Assembly: GCA_044892525.1 (NCBI GenBank)
Contig: CM097885.1
Span: 50,966,001 to 51,030,000, forward strand
Origin: Schmidtea polychroa
Lineage: Eukaryota
Reading direction: 5' to 3'
DNA length: 64,000 bases
The first letter of the stretch is position 1, and each line of letters opens with the position of its first letter. The notes under the pieces were generated by a model. It was not told the origin of the DNA and did no database searches. It saw only the letters and a program-made list of their open reading frames with translations. Below, in pieces: positions 13,923-28,188 of the stretch. The position numbers and the translations under genes are program-made.

Positions 13923-16112
13923 AATAATGGAAGGCAACTTTCCATCATAAATACCTCGAAAGGTCTATTCTACGTCAACCGCCTACAAATGGGTATGAAG
14001 AACTCATCTTCTATATTCCAGAGAACAATGGAAGACATACTAGCCGATATAAAAGGCATTTTAATCTATCAAGACGATATATTAGTCTTTGGAGAGAATG
14101 ACGAGGCTCTAAAAAAACGATTAGAGGCGGTAAAGCAAAGATTAAAAGAAAAAAAGATTACAATAAACAAGGAGAAATCAATCGAATATGTCGACGAAAT
14201 AACGTTCCTCGGATTCAGTATTTCAAGCCGAGGTATCCAATCGGACCAAAAGCTGGTCAATAAAATACAAGATATATCAGTGCCATCCAACAAAAAAGAA
14301 GTTGAAAGTTTTATAGGCTTAGTAAATTATTTCGGCCTGTTGATACCACAATTCTCGAATAAAATATCACCGATAAATAACCTTCGAAAAACAGAAGCTC
14401 AATTCATATGGTCAGAGGAATGTCAAGAAAGTTTTGATAAGCTAAAAACGGAACTAAGTTCCCATCCCATAGTTATATTGTATTGTCTAAAAAAAGAAGC
14501 AACATTAACCACAGATGCATCGAAAGAAGCCATAGGAGCAGTCCTCACACAAGAAGGACATCCAGTCATATTCGTCTCGAGGACATTATCGGAAGCCAAA
14601 AAGAACTACTCTAATATAGAAAGAGAAGCATTAGCCATAGTCTGGTCAATTTCAAGATTAAGCCACTTTCTATTAGGGCGAAAATTTACATTACAAACTG
14701 ACCACCGCCCGCTCATATATTTATTAGGAAGTAATCAAGCAATACCCGATCATACTTCTCTGCGAATTACGAAATGGGCTTTAAATGTTCCACATGTTCC
14801 AGGAAAAGAAATTACTCATGCGGATGCATTGACGAGATTACGATTTAGTAATCAAGCGGTCGATTTTAAGACATTGAGCTATGCTAGAATGCATAGTGTC
14901 GTCTTTCAAACAATTTTAAAACCCCAAGAAGTAAAAAGTGAGCTACAATTAGACACTCGTATACAAGGAATTATGAACAGGGTAAAACGTGGAAAATGGT
15001 CAAAATGCAGTCAGTATGAATCCTCATTTAAGGCGGTTTCAGCATCTCTCACAATCGAAAATGGAATGCTATATAAAGGATCTCGTCTATTCATACCAGA
15101 ACGTTTAAGACGAAAGGCGATAGATTCGTTCCACAAGGAATCTCACAGTGGCATCCAATCATCCTGCAGGATGATGCAAAACGCAGCATGGTGGCCTGGT
15201 ATAACGAGAGACATCGAACAATATGTGAAAAAATGTGAAATATGTTCTACATTACGCCTCCAGAAACAGAAGACAGTCCACGAGTGGCCAAACGCCACAC
15301 CCTTTGAAAGACTTCACATAGATTGGGCGTACTCCCGAGACGTCGGAAACATTTTAATAATCGTTGATTCAGGATCGGGATGGATCGAAGCCTTTAGAAT
15401 CAAAGAACGCACAACTGAAAACGTCATCAAATACCTACGAACAGTATTCACCAGATTCGGAATACCAGAATGCATAGTATCCGACAACGCTCCTGAGTTT
15501 ACATCAAAAGAATTTTTAGCATGGATTGAGAATCAAGGAGCTCGAAAGATAGAATCTCCGCTTTACTTTCCAATGGCAAATGGGAGGGCAGAGAGAGCTG
15601 TCCAGACAATAAAGAAGGGGATCAAATGTTGGAAGCTAAGCCAGTGTCATATGGAATTTGACGTCTTCCTCCAGAAGATGTTATTTTATCATCGCATCTC
15701 AGCAAACTATTATGGTAAATCTCCGGCGGAAATGGTTTTTGGAAGGCAGATTAGAAGACCAATAGTGAGCACATTCGACCAAGGCCAATCAGTCGGATAC
15801 AAGCCGTCCTCCAATCATGAGTTAACAAATCAGTAATATCTTATGCCAAAAGGAAGAAACACGTCGTGGATAATGGACGTCGAGGGAGAGGAGCCTGTCA
15901 TAAGACTATCAACCAATAATCAGATATACTCCCCAGGCACCAAAAAAGCAACAGAAAAAACGTTTACTTCTCAGGAGAACGCCGAGGACAATTCATATCA
16001 GCCTTCTCTCTTAACGGAGACTATGCCCGACGGCGATAACCGAGTGAGAAGTCAGAGATCAAGAAGACCTCCGAACCTTTACGGCGAATGGACACTAGAG
16101 AGAGACATGTAA
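13923..16112 (+). pseudogene. pol: Gypsy Pol part 2: RT (YQDD), RNase H, integrase; stop at 15836, C-terminal remainder 15843-16112
   Basis: YQDDIL; TDASKEAIGAVL…YSNIEREALAI; HHCC zinc finger; HIDW…SDNAPEF…NGRAERAVQTIK (DDE). Confidence 0.93.
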
Positions 16113-16589
16113 TAATATTAAAGAATTAATATTATTATTCTTGTTTTAATTTGTGATAAAAACAAGAAAATATAAATTTGAATTTGGTCATTTTCTGAAT
16201 TGTAACAAATATAAAGTTAGTATTCTGTTATATAATAAAAATGAAGTTGAAAAAAATTGGAAAAATTATAATAATAATAATTGAAATGAAAGAAAATTTT
16301 ATGTTAAAATTTATCAATGCAAGTTTTGAATACTTTTTAATTCAATCTGATCAACTATAGTTACTGTTATGTAAAACTAAAATAACAAGTCTTATTGGGA
16401 AAATGTTTATTTAAAAAGTTTCTTCTTTTTAGTATATTTAAATACATCCATTTTTTTAATTTGACGATTTATGAATTAATAATAATAATTATGTATGTTG
16501 TATATAATACTAACATATATATCCACAAAAATCAATTGAGATAACTAAAAATAGTTGTATTACCACTATTTGTATTATTATTTTTCTGG

Positions 16590-18990
16590 TCTCAGTTGTT
16601 TTTTTGTCTTTCTTCTTTTTTTGTCTTTCTTCTTTGACATAATTCACATTTTTGAATAATATCTGTTATAATCTTTTGCAGCTCATCCATGTCATAATTG
16701 ACTTTTACATTGTCAATTACTTTTTGAATGACCATGACAAAGAGTCCTGTGCATTTCTTTGACCAAACGCTCACTATTTTCATTGAGTATCCATATTCTG
16801 CTTTCTTAAGTCATCAATATTCCTTCAACTACTTTAAATGTATTGCTTTTATTTTTCATTATTAAAGCCCAATAACATCTAATCTTTTCATTACTTTGTT
16901 GTTATTCTGTTTTTTTTGATGGATAATATTGCTAATATTCTTGTTTTCATTTTTCCGTTTTGGATTTTCATGAATGTCCATACACTATGCGAACCTGCCA
17001 CATTTATCACGAAACATCGCATCGTAATTTGAATGCTCACTTTTTCATTTATAATTAATGTCTATATCTAAACTACTCAAAATGTTTGCCCATGTTTGAG
17101 TTTGTGACGTTGTAGGGCTTCGGAATTTAGGGACCGTTAAATTTGCAAAAATAATTTAAATAAACATCTAAAAAATACTTTTTGAAATTAAAAAAAAATA
17201 ATGTAACGTCGTTTTATTAAATATTTTTAATTATTTTTCAGCTTATTCGATATTATAATTTTTAATTATTTCTTTTATAAAAGTATTTATTAAGATTGTG
17301 TTCATTTTAATCTAGATCATTTTCAAATTAATTTTTTAATGAATAATTAAAATTAAAATTCTATTTATCCATGTCAGCGTTAAAAAAAACTAAGTATGAT
17401 TCGGTGATGACATCGATATATCATATATGGGTAGAGTAGCACACATATAGCTCTGTTAAGGGCCACCAAACGACTGGGACCGGGCCTGTTGTAGGATATT
17501 TTATAGTCTTATGAAAATGTAATTGACTTGAAATCTGTTCTTAATAAAAATTGTTTTCCATATAAATAATTCTTGAAGTGCAGTGTCAAATAGGATTAAT
17601 AAAAACAACTCATTTTTTGTAATACAATAACTTATTTCATGTTTACTTATTGTATGCGAGCCCAACTCTACTACACTTTCATTGCCATTGTCATCAATCT
17701 GCAATAAAACACTGCTTATAGTAATCAAATCTAGGATCAGTATCCAAAATAAATTCTTAATTAAAATTTGAGTAAATCAAACTGGTGTATTTTTGTAAAT
17801 TTATCTTTGTCATTTCCACACATTAACTCCAATATTCTAACAAACGTCAAATAATTTTTAATAAATTTTCGACAATAATTGGAAAACCTCAAAAAAACTG
17901 TTCAGTTGTTTTAAACATTTAGGTCTTTCAAAATATTTTATAGCTTCAATTTTACTCCCATCTACTCTAACACCTTTTTAATTAGAAATATGTATTTTTC
18001 GGGTGTATTTTTAAACCTGCATTTTTTATACAATTCAAAACTTTATTTTGTCGGATATGATCTTCTTTATCTTCTGAAAAATTATACTTAAAAAATATAT
18101 CTAATATAACAAATCACCTAGTACTTTATTCATAAGTTTCTGAAATGTGACTGGAGCCGCAGTATTTCTAAATATTTTATTGTATTTTCAGTTTTTTCTT
18201 TTAAATGTGAGGCTTGACGTCTAAGGTTTAATGTTACTGGTGCTCGTGAAGTTTTAATTTCATGTTTCAGTAAGTCAGTTCTACCTATGCCTCACTTGTC
18301 AGTCACAAATACTCCAGGTTAATTAATTTTATTTCGTTATTTCTAATAATTCTGTAATCTTTAAAAATTGTTAATCATCTGTTTTTCAATTTTCCGAATC
18401 TAGTCTCAATATTGGAAATATGTGTATCGTATTGATATGGCTCATATTTTTCTTTAACCCCTTTACCGGTAGACCCGAGGATACTCGTTTTATATATTTG
18501 AAAGCGTACTGCAGCACTGTAGACCAGAGTATACTCGGCTAAACGTAAATACGTCGTTTTAGGTCATTTAGAAACATCAAACCATACTAACCATGCACTC
18601 TACTACAACTCTAGTCTGCTGGGGGCTAAACAAAATATATAGCCGCAAATAAAGTCGCCAATTAAGGGTCGATTTCAGAAAAAGAAGTTGACGGTAAAGG
18701 GGTTAAATTCACTTTTAACTTTCATTAATTTTATATCAAATTGTTGAATAAAATTAATAAAAAAATGATTTCTTATAAAACCACATTTAATACAATTTAC
18801 TATGATTTCTGTGAGTGATAAAATCTTTTCACATTTATCTCAACACTTATTTTCTACTATACCATTAATCATTTATATACCAAGTTTCTCATTTTTTCTT
18901 ATTTTCTTTTTTCATTTTTTTATCATATTTTACAAAACATTTTAATCCTTACAAATATTTCTCGTGTCACAATTTCCGTTAGGATAACAA
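16590..18990 (-). mobile_element. Second, heavily decayed Gypsy internal region
   Basis: Minus-strand remnants: C-x2-C knuckle ~18790; RT AAPVTFQKLMNKVLG ~18120-18160; RNase H (GSHTISKHEISYCITKNEL, 17501-17728); IN zinc finger CELCQRRK (16592-16783). Confidence 0.75.
18458..18702. mobile_element. piggyBac-type MITE nested in the minus-strand Gypsy
   Basis: TTAA-CCCCTTTACCG…CGGTAAAGGGG-TTAA. Confidence 0.9.
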
Positions 18991-18997
18991 TTATTAT

Positions 18998-19790
18998 TGT
19001 TGGGTTATTATTTAACAAGTCGGATGGTTTCTGACCCCTCATGTCCTTTCCAATCAAATAACCAAAAACCCAACAGAGAACAACTTTATTCAATCTTTAT
19101 CACAATTACAAGCAGTCACTCGATTTGTACATTTCTTTCGTCAACAATCGTTATTGTAAGATAAGTTGCCCAAGGGGCAATCACCTTTCTGGTACGATAA
19201 GTTATACTATTCTTTAGATTTAGTTGAATTATTTACTTTTTTATTCTATTTGATTTCGTAAATCTATGCAAATTTTGTTCCTGCAACCAACCGGCAACTC
19301 GTCTCTTTTCAGATTTTCGTTTTATACTTTTTTAAAAAGCATTATCAACATTCCGTTAATTCCTCCGGGGATTATCGATATTCATTAATAATTATCAACA
19401 TTTAGCCAACCATTATCTTAATCCTTATGGAGATTACAGCTAGTCCTCTAACGTATTGGTTATCCGTTATTTTAATGTTCTGGGAGGAATTTTATGTTAT
19501 TCTACTAATTTCCTTCCTACACGACCGCTCAGTCAAATTCGCTTCACTTTTCAATTAGTCGGATATTAGTGTGCTCCGGGCTTTCCATTAGTGATTAATT
19601 AATGTTTAATGAGTTTGTTATTTTATTATAACATTTTCCAGGGACTCCTCGCTAAATTTTTATTATTGTTTCTGGATTTGTCTAATGATTCCGCGTTCAA
19701 CCATACCCATTTACCGAGATTCATATTAATTTTTTGCACTTTTGTTATTTCGGGGATTTTTTTTTGATTTTTATTCTACCCCCGTTTTAT
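18998..19790 (-). mobile_element. Probable 5' LTR of the minus-strand Gypsy
   Basis: Ends …aacccaaCA on the minus strand directly before the gag remnant; homologous to 5700-6420; far boundary approximate. Confidence 0.55.
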
Positions 19791-20124
19791 TTTGTGCTTT
19801 TTTACATTACTCCTACATTATTTATCAATTTCTTATTAATATTATCAAATTTCATTAAATGAACATTTGATTTTAATTTCACCATTCAAGTATTTATTTC
19901 TAACTACATAATCTTTAATTACATTATTTTTTACTTTAATTACATTGAGATTATTTTTGTGGATTACTAAATTATCTATATTACAATTTTTAAAATTATT
20001 AAAATTTTTAAATTACCTATACGGGCAGACAAAATCGTCATTATTATAGAGCTGATAATTTCGCCTGAAAACGGGCTTACATATTTTATTCGTTGCCTCT
20101 TTTCTTGATTACGAGTCCTATGAT

Positions 20125-20761
20125 TACGGGCCCCAAATCTTCAAAATTTTATTTGAAGAAATTTTTTTTGGAAGCAAAAATTAATTTTTAAAAATTCAAC
20201 AATTTGAAAATGGACTAATGATATAACTTCTTTGCTCTTATATATCAATCTAACATGTTTTTAAATAAATCGTCATTTAAAATTGCTTGATCGTTATTAA
20301 AATCCACGAATAAGAGATTTAAACCCAACTAGCGTGGAATTCGAAAGAATATTTTAAATTTCATAAAAATTTCTCTACTAAAAAGTGCTTAAATCTATTA
20401 TTGAAATGAATTTGGAGTCAATTTTTCCAAATCTTGTAGTTGTATTAAGAATATTTTTGACAATCCCGGTTTCTGTAGCCGAGTCTATTAAAAAGAATTA
20501 AGAATTTTTTGAGATCTACAATGGCACAAGAGCGGCTAAATTGATTAGCAATGCTGCATATTAATAACGATATTGCAAGAAACCTAAATTTTAGTGAAAT
20601 AATTGATAAATTTGCAATTTCAAAAGCCCGTAAATCATTAATATAATAAAATTTGTTTTTATATTGTGTTGTCGCTAACTATATATATATTTTTTAATTA
20701 TTAAAAAGGAGCCCCAAAAAAAATTTGGCCCCGGGCCTCGCACTCTCTCTCCTAGGCCCTG
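20125..20761 (+). mobile_element. hAT (ZMYM1/Tip100-like) 3' fragment
   Basis: IFPNLVVVLRIFLTIPVSVA…IKNFLRSTMAQERLN*LAMLHI…IIDKFA..KARK dimerisation domain, followed by a GC-rich end …ggccccgggcc…aggccctg. Confidence 0.8.
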
Positions 20762-22848
20762 ATTACGACATACCATCACCAACATCGTAAACAACTGCTA
20801 AATTTCGGGAATTCTAAGGATCTTCTCACGTTCTACATTGTTATTATGTCAGAACCTGTCATTCTGAATTTTTACTGCATTGATATCACAGAAGATCTTT
20901 TCTATCGCAATATCCACATAAGATTGAAGGGCGTTGTCATTCCATATGAACCGTTTCGTTGAATTCTGAACATTGCAAATTTCTATTTGAAAAGCTATTT
21001 TGACAATTTCTAATAATATGACTTTCATTGATAACACTGTAGAATATTTTTTGTATTTCTAGTTTCTGCTTACATGGTCATTTCCTTGGCAATTCCAACA
21101 CTTAAAAATTAGCCTTGTCCCTACATTACGCAATTGATAAAACAATGTGTTTATGTAATCCTATTTTAAATTTTGACAATTTATTTTACAGATAATATAT
21201 GAATATTTTAATTTATATTTATTACAATTTATCAGCGCATTTTCTTTCCAACAAACAATTGACAAAATATATATTCCTAAACTCTGGACAAATAAAAAAC
21301 AAAATATTGTCATAGTCTAAAAAAGAAAGTTGAAGGAAATTGAAAATGAAAAGAGATCAATCATTAAAATGTTTAAAGATTTTATTAATAATTTTTCTGG
21401 AATAAATGCATTAGTAGTTGTGATTGGTGATCTTCCAATAATCTGATAATTGTATCAAAAAGAAAAATAGCATCTGGAGTATTTATATCATGATCCTTTC
21501 CGATTCCAATTTCATAAGAATAAAGAATTATCATTTTTTACATTTTGCTTCAAACATAACAGAAAAAATTCTTCAAAATAACCATAATAAACAAGTTTTT
21601 GTTTTCCTATTGAATTACACATTTTTCTTTTATTTAAAACTGTTTAAACTTGATCCAATAAAAAAAACAAAAAATTTATTGTTTTTTTACAATTAAATAT
21701 AACGTGCTTATTTTTTCGTTTTAAGGTTACGACAATTAAATTTAGATATGAAATAAATTTCCTTGGTGCTAAAATTTAAATATTTTAAATATGAAAGAAA
21801 TAAGGTTGAACAATAATTTTAATATAAAATAAATATATTTACAGTATTTTATATGATAATATTTATTATATAATTTTAATAAAAAAATTGTTATGATGTA
21901 CTGGTGTGTATTTTTATTATGATCCAAATTTTTATTAAAATTTTAATATCACCAAAATCCTCATTTATTTAAAAAAAGTATATTTACTACTACAGCGCTG
22001 CTTGCTCATTTAATATTTTAATTTTCATGAAATCAAAAATCATTATATTCTATGCCTTCAAGATATATTAAATAACCAAATTCAATTAAACCAATGTTAA
22101 TTAAACATAAAGTTCTAAGAATAAATATAATTTTTTAAATATTTTTTCCAAATATATTCTTTATTTAGTTATTATTCATTTATTATCATGAATATCTGAA
22201 TATTTGTAAAATATTCTCAAGCAATTAAACTAAAACAATAAATTCAAACAATATATATATATATATATTTGATTTTAATAATTTATTTATATATTAATTT
22301 TTTATATATTATTTAATAGTTATATTTTTTTATACTTGCTCAATTTTGATTTAGACACAATTCATAATAACGAAAAAATTTAAATAAATTACAAATAATT
22401 TAAAAAGTTTATTATAAAAAAACTTAATAAATTATTGATTTTAAATAGAAATTTAATATTTTGAAACTTGATGCAAAATGCTTATCATAAATTTAAATAA
22501 TTATATTATAATAAATAATATTTTTGTTATTTTAATATTTTGTACAGTATAAATATAATATTTTATAAATTATATCACAGTTAATTTCATCTGTCTGATA
22601 GAATTTTAATCAATTTTTGAGAATGTTAAAACAAGCAAGCAATTTATTGAATTATCAGATAAACTGTCAACATTAAAATTTTATCAAATGGTAGCTGAGA
22701 TAATTTTTTGTTTTAATTTTGAAATTAATTTCATTTTATTGATTATTTTATATGCGTGCTTTTATGCAATTATATCAATATAATTTTTCTTGAAATTTTT
22801 ATTCGGAAAATTAAACATTCGAAAATTTTATTATTATATCTCAAGACT

Positions 22849-23226
22849 CTTTATATTATTATTGTAATATTAGTTTTTATATATTTCTTGGATTAAGTGT
22901 TTGATAAAAATTTAACTCATGAAAATTAACATGTAGACGAATTAAATATAAAATAAATTAAATTTGTTTATTTCTTTATATTATTATTGTAATATTAGTT
23001 TTTATATATTTCTTGGATTAAGTGTTTGATAAAAATTTAACTCATGAAAATTAACATGTAGACGAATTAAATATAAAATAAATTAAATTTGTTTATTTCT
23101 TTATATTATTATTGTAATATTAGTTTTTATATATTTCTTGGATTAAGTGTTTGATAAAAATTTAACTCATGAAAATTAACATGTAGACGAATTAAATATA
23201 AAATAAATTAAATTTGTTTATTTCTT
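22849..23226. repeat. 125-bp tandem triplication
   Basis: Apparently identical units starting at 22849, 22974 and 23099. Confidence 0.95.
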
Positions 23227-23361
23227 AGTAGTTATTAATAGACTTATTTTCGATTAGTAATTCATATAGTACATAACATATGCAGTAGGGTTATAATTTT
23301 TATTAAAAGAGAAGCCTGTAGCAGCATAAAATATGCTCAACTATATCACCTACATCTTTCA

Positions 23362-23455
23362 ATCGGCTATGTTCCTGAATTCGTGTGCGGAGATGACGGG
23401 AAGTCTCTCCAATGTATGTGACATTGTACCCATTATATGAAAAATTATACACTAG
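23362..23455 (-). pseudogene. Penelope-like GIY-YIG endonuclease fragment
   Basis: Minus strand reads LVYNFSYNGYNVTYIGETSRHLRTRIQEHSR. Confidence 0.8.
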
Positions 23456-23514
23456 ATCGAACACTAAACGTATTGGGTTTGAAATTTTCTAAAAATATTT
23501 AATGATATATATAT

Positions 23515-25027
23515 TAGGGTTATGATTTTTTTAAAGAGAAGCCTGTGGCAGCATAATATGAACTTTTATATAAAAATAGCATATATGACTTTTTTAGTGA
23601 TAAATATTCGAAAACGTCGCGCACCACACTTAAAACATATAATCACAAATTCAAATATATTTAAAAATTTAAACATTTATTAATTACAATGTTTATAAGT
23701 ATAAGTTTGTATTTAAAACTCTGAGATTTAGGTATTTGTCATTTTTGCAACTTCTCAAAATATCTTCCATCATTTTCACTGCTCTTTCAGCCACACTATT
23801 AAAACAGGGAACATCAATAACTAATTCTTCATTTAACCAATGTCTTTTGAACCATTTTATTGCCTTCTGATATCGGAATTTAGAAATACCAAGAAGGAGC
23901 TCGTCATTAAAATACTGATCGGAGAACCATGCTACTGGCCATACCGTAGCTACAAAATGACAAAGATCGTACTGTAGCATGAGAAAATATGCAATTATAA
24001 TAAACGTTGGTCGAGAGTTCCATCTGGTATTATGAATTAATAGATATTTTCGTATTTCATGATAGGAAATTTGTCAGAACTCGTGTACCATTTGTATGCC
24101 TCACATAACTCAAAAAAAAATTTTAAAATCATCTCCATCCAGTTTTTTTAATAAAAGGTAGTTCCGTCTCTCTACAATAGGTTTTCTGAAGTGTTATATG
24201 AGCTGATATCTAAATCAACAAATTCATAATTAATATTTGGACTCTGTGAATGAGTTGGAAAACTGAAGTCTAAGAACTAGGTTCATAATATGATTTTGAC
24301 AACCGATATATTGTGGTTTGAAGCCGCATAATAATTCCTTAGACAAGTATTAACCGCAGTTGTATCACAGATTCGAATTGATATAAAAGATTCTTCAATA
24401 GATTATATATAACATCTGCAGATCCAATTCTACAAATAAGTATTGCAAGATTTAAACTTTGAAACGGATTTTTAAGCACAAAACTTGGTATTCATTATTT
24501 AACATTCGTTTACCATCGAAATGTAGACAGAAATCACTTTCGCGTTGGAGAACGTCCTTTTATTTCAGAAACCCTTCTTTCGCCCTCCCTAATTACTTTT
24601 CTCCACACTCCACTTTGTAACAAGTTTTTTCGCTAATTTAGATAACATTATAAATCCTAAATTACATATTACAAACGACAAAAAATATTAATATTAAATC
24701 ATGTAATACCCTATTACGTATTTGAAAATGACTATTTGAAAGTATATTTGAGAAAGTATATTTGAGTATATTTGAAAGTATAAATAAACTAAAGGTTATT
24801 TCATGAATGCAATTATATTTTAGATATTACAAATTATATATTGTAAAAAATATAAATATTAATGCTACATTTATGTCCTGGTCTGCATATTAGAAACTAG
24901 TGAGTCGTCGACCTTTTTTATAATTTTTAAATTAAAAACCTCGAAAATGAATGATTTATACAAATGTTCATCTACTGAAAACACAGGGAAAATGTTTTGA
25001 AAAAAAGGGTCCAAAATCATAACCCTA
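23515..25027 (-). mobile_element. hATm-like DNA transposon, internally deleted, degenerate transposase
   Basis: TIR TAGGGTTATGATTTT at both ends; minus-strand ORF 23693-23980 VPCFNSVAERAVKMM; shares sequence with 39176-40281. Confidence 0.75.
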
Positions 25028-25101
25028 ATATGCAATGCCTACCATTACAGTATTAAATAATTGTTATATTATTACGCAATATTCTGCATCATAAAGAACA
25101 T

Positions 25102-25218
<117 letters not shown>

Positions 25219-26301
25219 TATGTACTATTTATAGTACCAATAATATTTTAAGATGGAATTTTAATTATATTTAATAACTCGCTAAGCTATACATCAATGT
25301 AATTAGTATTTAAAATTATAGCCGAATATTCTTTAAAATTTTATAATTTTAAATGTATTATATTAAAAATCTTAAATGTTAAAAATATTAGTTTAGATAA
25401 CATATGTTTATCTGAATTTATTACGAAATATTTAGTTTTCTTTTCGTTGAAATTGTATTATAAATAAACAAAATTTATTAAAACCTTTTAAACAAATTCA
25501 TAGAATGTTTTAAATATCTAAGATACATAAAAATTGGAGGATTCATTCGAATTTTGATAGCCAGAAAGTATTATAAAAATAAATTATTTCTGTAATTAGG
25601 GTTAAAAATGTAATGATAATATATAATTCATGGACTTTGTTCTTAACAAAAGAATTTAGTATTTAGTTGCTGAGTGACGGATTCTTTCATATTCTTCAGT
25701 AAATATTTGAATACTTCTATCTATGGGTCTGATCTTTCTATAGCCCAAAACTGAAAATGATGAATTAAAGATTCCTGGAGGTGCGATATTAATATCAAAT
25801 ATTAAGTTTAAATTTGAAATGCAGATTATATTATTTTAATTAAAAACGAGATATTAAATTTAAAAAACAATTAATTTCCAATTTTAAAAATTTATCTCTC
25901 TAGTTGTAATATTAATTTTGAAACCAGCGAGAACTGACATTATTCTCATTGTTATGTTCATTATTATATTTAGAGTGTTCGGCAGAATATTGAATTTCCG
26001 ATTAGATTTTGATTAATAATTAAGAGAAATAAGCACATTCTAATGATATTAAAGAAAGATGGGGCACCACATTAAATTTTATTGCTGTATTTACAGTGAA
26101 CCATATGGTACAAAGCATCGATTAATGCCTCTAAAAGATGTTCTCAGAATTATTATAAAATTAGACAAATTACATTCATAAATGAAAATAATGATAAAAA
26201 ACTAATAAAATAATTAATTAATATCCGTTACTTTTCAGAATACAATGAAATTACAACCTTATCAATATCAATTAATCCATGAATAAATACGTTAAAAATC
26301 C

Positions 26302-26572
26302 TGTTTTGTGACATTTCATCACCCGACATTTAATTACGCGACATTTTATCACGTTGTTACGATGCTTATTATATACAAAATTTTCAAAAATTACTGTTTG
26401 TGTTCCCATTGAAGAAACAGTAAATTCAAATGAATCTATTTGTAATCGTTTATTTAATAAAATTATATTTATTATTTAAAAATATATGAATCAAAAAGTT
26501 GTCGCGTTACAAAATGTCAATGTGATAAACTGTCGCGTGATAAAGTGTTGCGTGATAAATTGTCTGTACACG
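26302..26572. mobile_element. MITE with ~15-bp subterminal repeats (MULE-like?)
   Basis: (gacattttatcacgc)-like repeats, inverted at the other end (gcgtgataaa.tgtc); flanking direct repeat aaaaatcc. Confidence 0.6.
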
Positions 26573-26835
26573 AAAAATCCAAATCATTTTACATTTGCCA
26601 GAGACGAAACTATAAAATTATTTTAGAAACTTTATTTTTGGGGAGTTGTAATTATATATGATAAAAATAGAACTATAAATCTAAATCCTCGTTTATCGAT
26701 CAGATTAGAAACTCCATAAATGTAATTTTTATCAAAAATCACAATCGTTCCAATTTTCACCTTTTCTTGATAGTTGGACCAGGTGACTCGAAGGAAAACC
26801 ACCTCAAGCAGAAAACGAATCTGATGTAGTTTTAA

Positions 26836-27067
26836 CCCTTTCGCACCGACTTTCCGCTAATGACACTATGCTAAATTTATATATTGGAACTTGTTAATAT
26901 TGACCTAAATATGAAATATTCTCATTTTTGTAATCGTGGCGCTTCTGAATATCCTAGAAAGTCCTGGGATAATAATAAACTTTAACACCGCAAATTGCTT
27001 TGAAAATATCCCATTAGGATCATAATGAAAGTTTCTGGGACGTATTGTCCCAATAGGGGCGAAAGGG
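26836..27067. mobile_element. piggyBac-type MITE
   Basis: TTAA-CCCTTTCGC…GCGAAAGGG-TTAA. Confidence 0.85.
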
Positions 27068-27789
27068 TTAATAGAAATTTATATCGCTCATTTCATAACA
27101 CTTTAAATCTTGGTTAAATCTTTACGTTCGATCATTCTGAAAATATGGTTAAGGTTTTAGTTTCCTTTATAAGAATCTTTTCGTCAATAAATTCCAAATT
27201 AGACTACTTACTCACGAGGAGCCAGGAGATTCTTAGCTAATTAAATTATTTTTGTTTTAGTTGCCTCGATCAATTTAAATTTTTTTATTATTTTAAATTA
27301 ATTCTGCATTTTCTGGATTTGCGTTGTGTATTAAATTTATATTTTAATTGCTTTGCATCACAATTTTTCATAATTCCTAAGATTTCACCATCAGTACAAT
27401 TTAAAATTTTTACAACATAGCAAAATTTGATAAAATATCATCTAATATTTTCACTTTTTTAATTATTATTAATTTATTAATTTCATTTTATCATCCATTT
27501 ATACTTTGTAATATCTGAAATTATTACTTGATTGTGATATTTAATTCTATGACCAAAGCTAAAAATTGCCTTAATTGTTAGTGCTTTGTTTTAATATTAT
27601 TTTTAAAATTTTCACATTCGGAAATCGATATGATTCTTTGGGAATGAACATGATAAACTAATTTGTTATCGGTATGTAATGAAAATTTATGTTCGCCTTT
27701 TTGTACTATGTTTTCCAGAGTTAACGTATAATCAATGTCTACCAATAGCAAAATCATTTTCTTATGTGATTGGTTAAAAATACTTTTAA

Positions 27790-28188
27790 CACGTTGGCTG
27801 CCGTGGGGGTCACCGCTGACCGGCACTCGACTTGGCTACAGGGCCGTGGGGCCACCGGCAACCGGCAGCATGACCAATAGTTAAAAAAGTAATTAGGGTA
27901 AATATCGATACTTACAAAATTCTAAATAATACCATTGTTTCTGTAATGCATCGAAGAAATTAATGCTTAGCAACAGAAGCGTAACAGTTTGGATCAACTG
28001 ATAATCGCAAAAGCGGTTTAAAGTGCCTTGTGAGTAACCGGTGACCCTCACCATGAAAAATGGATAAAACATGTTAATACAACCTAATTTTTTCACTATA
28101 TATAAAATTTCAACATAAAATGAATCGCATAATAAAAAATGTTGGCGCTTCGGGCAAGTCACGTAAAATTTGAGCGGCAACCAACGTG
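27790..28188. mobile_element. piggyBac-type MITE
   Basis: TTAA-CACGTTGGCTGCCG…CGGCAACCAACGTG-TTAA; internal ccgtgggg..caccg direct repeats. Confidence 0.88.

Larger units (their letters stand above)
12040..16140 (+). mobile_element. Ty3/Gypsy LTR retrotransposon, 5'-truncated, interrupted by a hAT fragment
   Basis: gag-PR-RT-RH-IN order; purine tract gagagagac followed by TGTAATAA (3' LTR start at 16108); no 5' LTR seen. Confidence 0.93.

Noticed and set aside
22849..23226. CRISPR-like array
   Set aside because: Head-to-tail identical units without spacers, in a eukaryotic context
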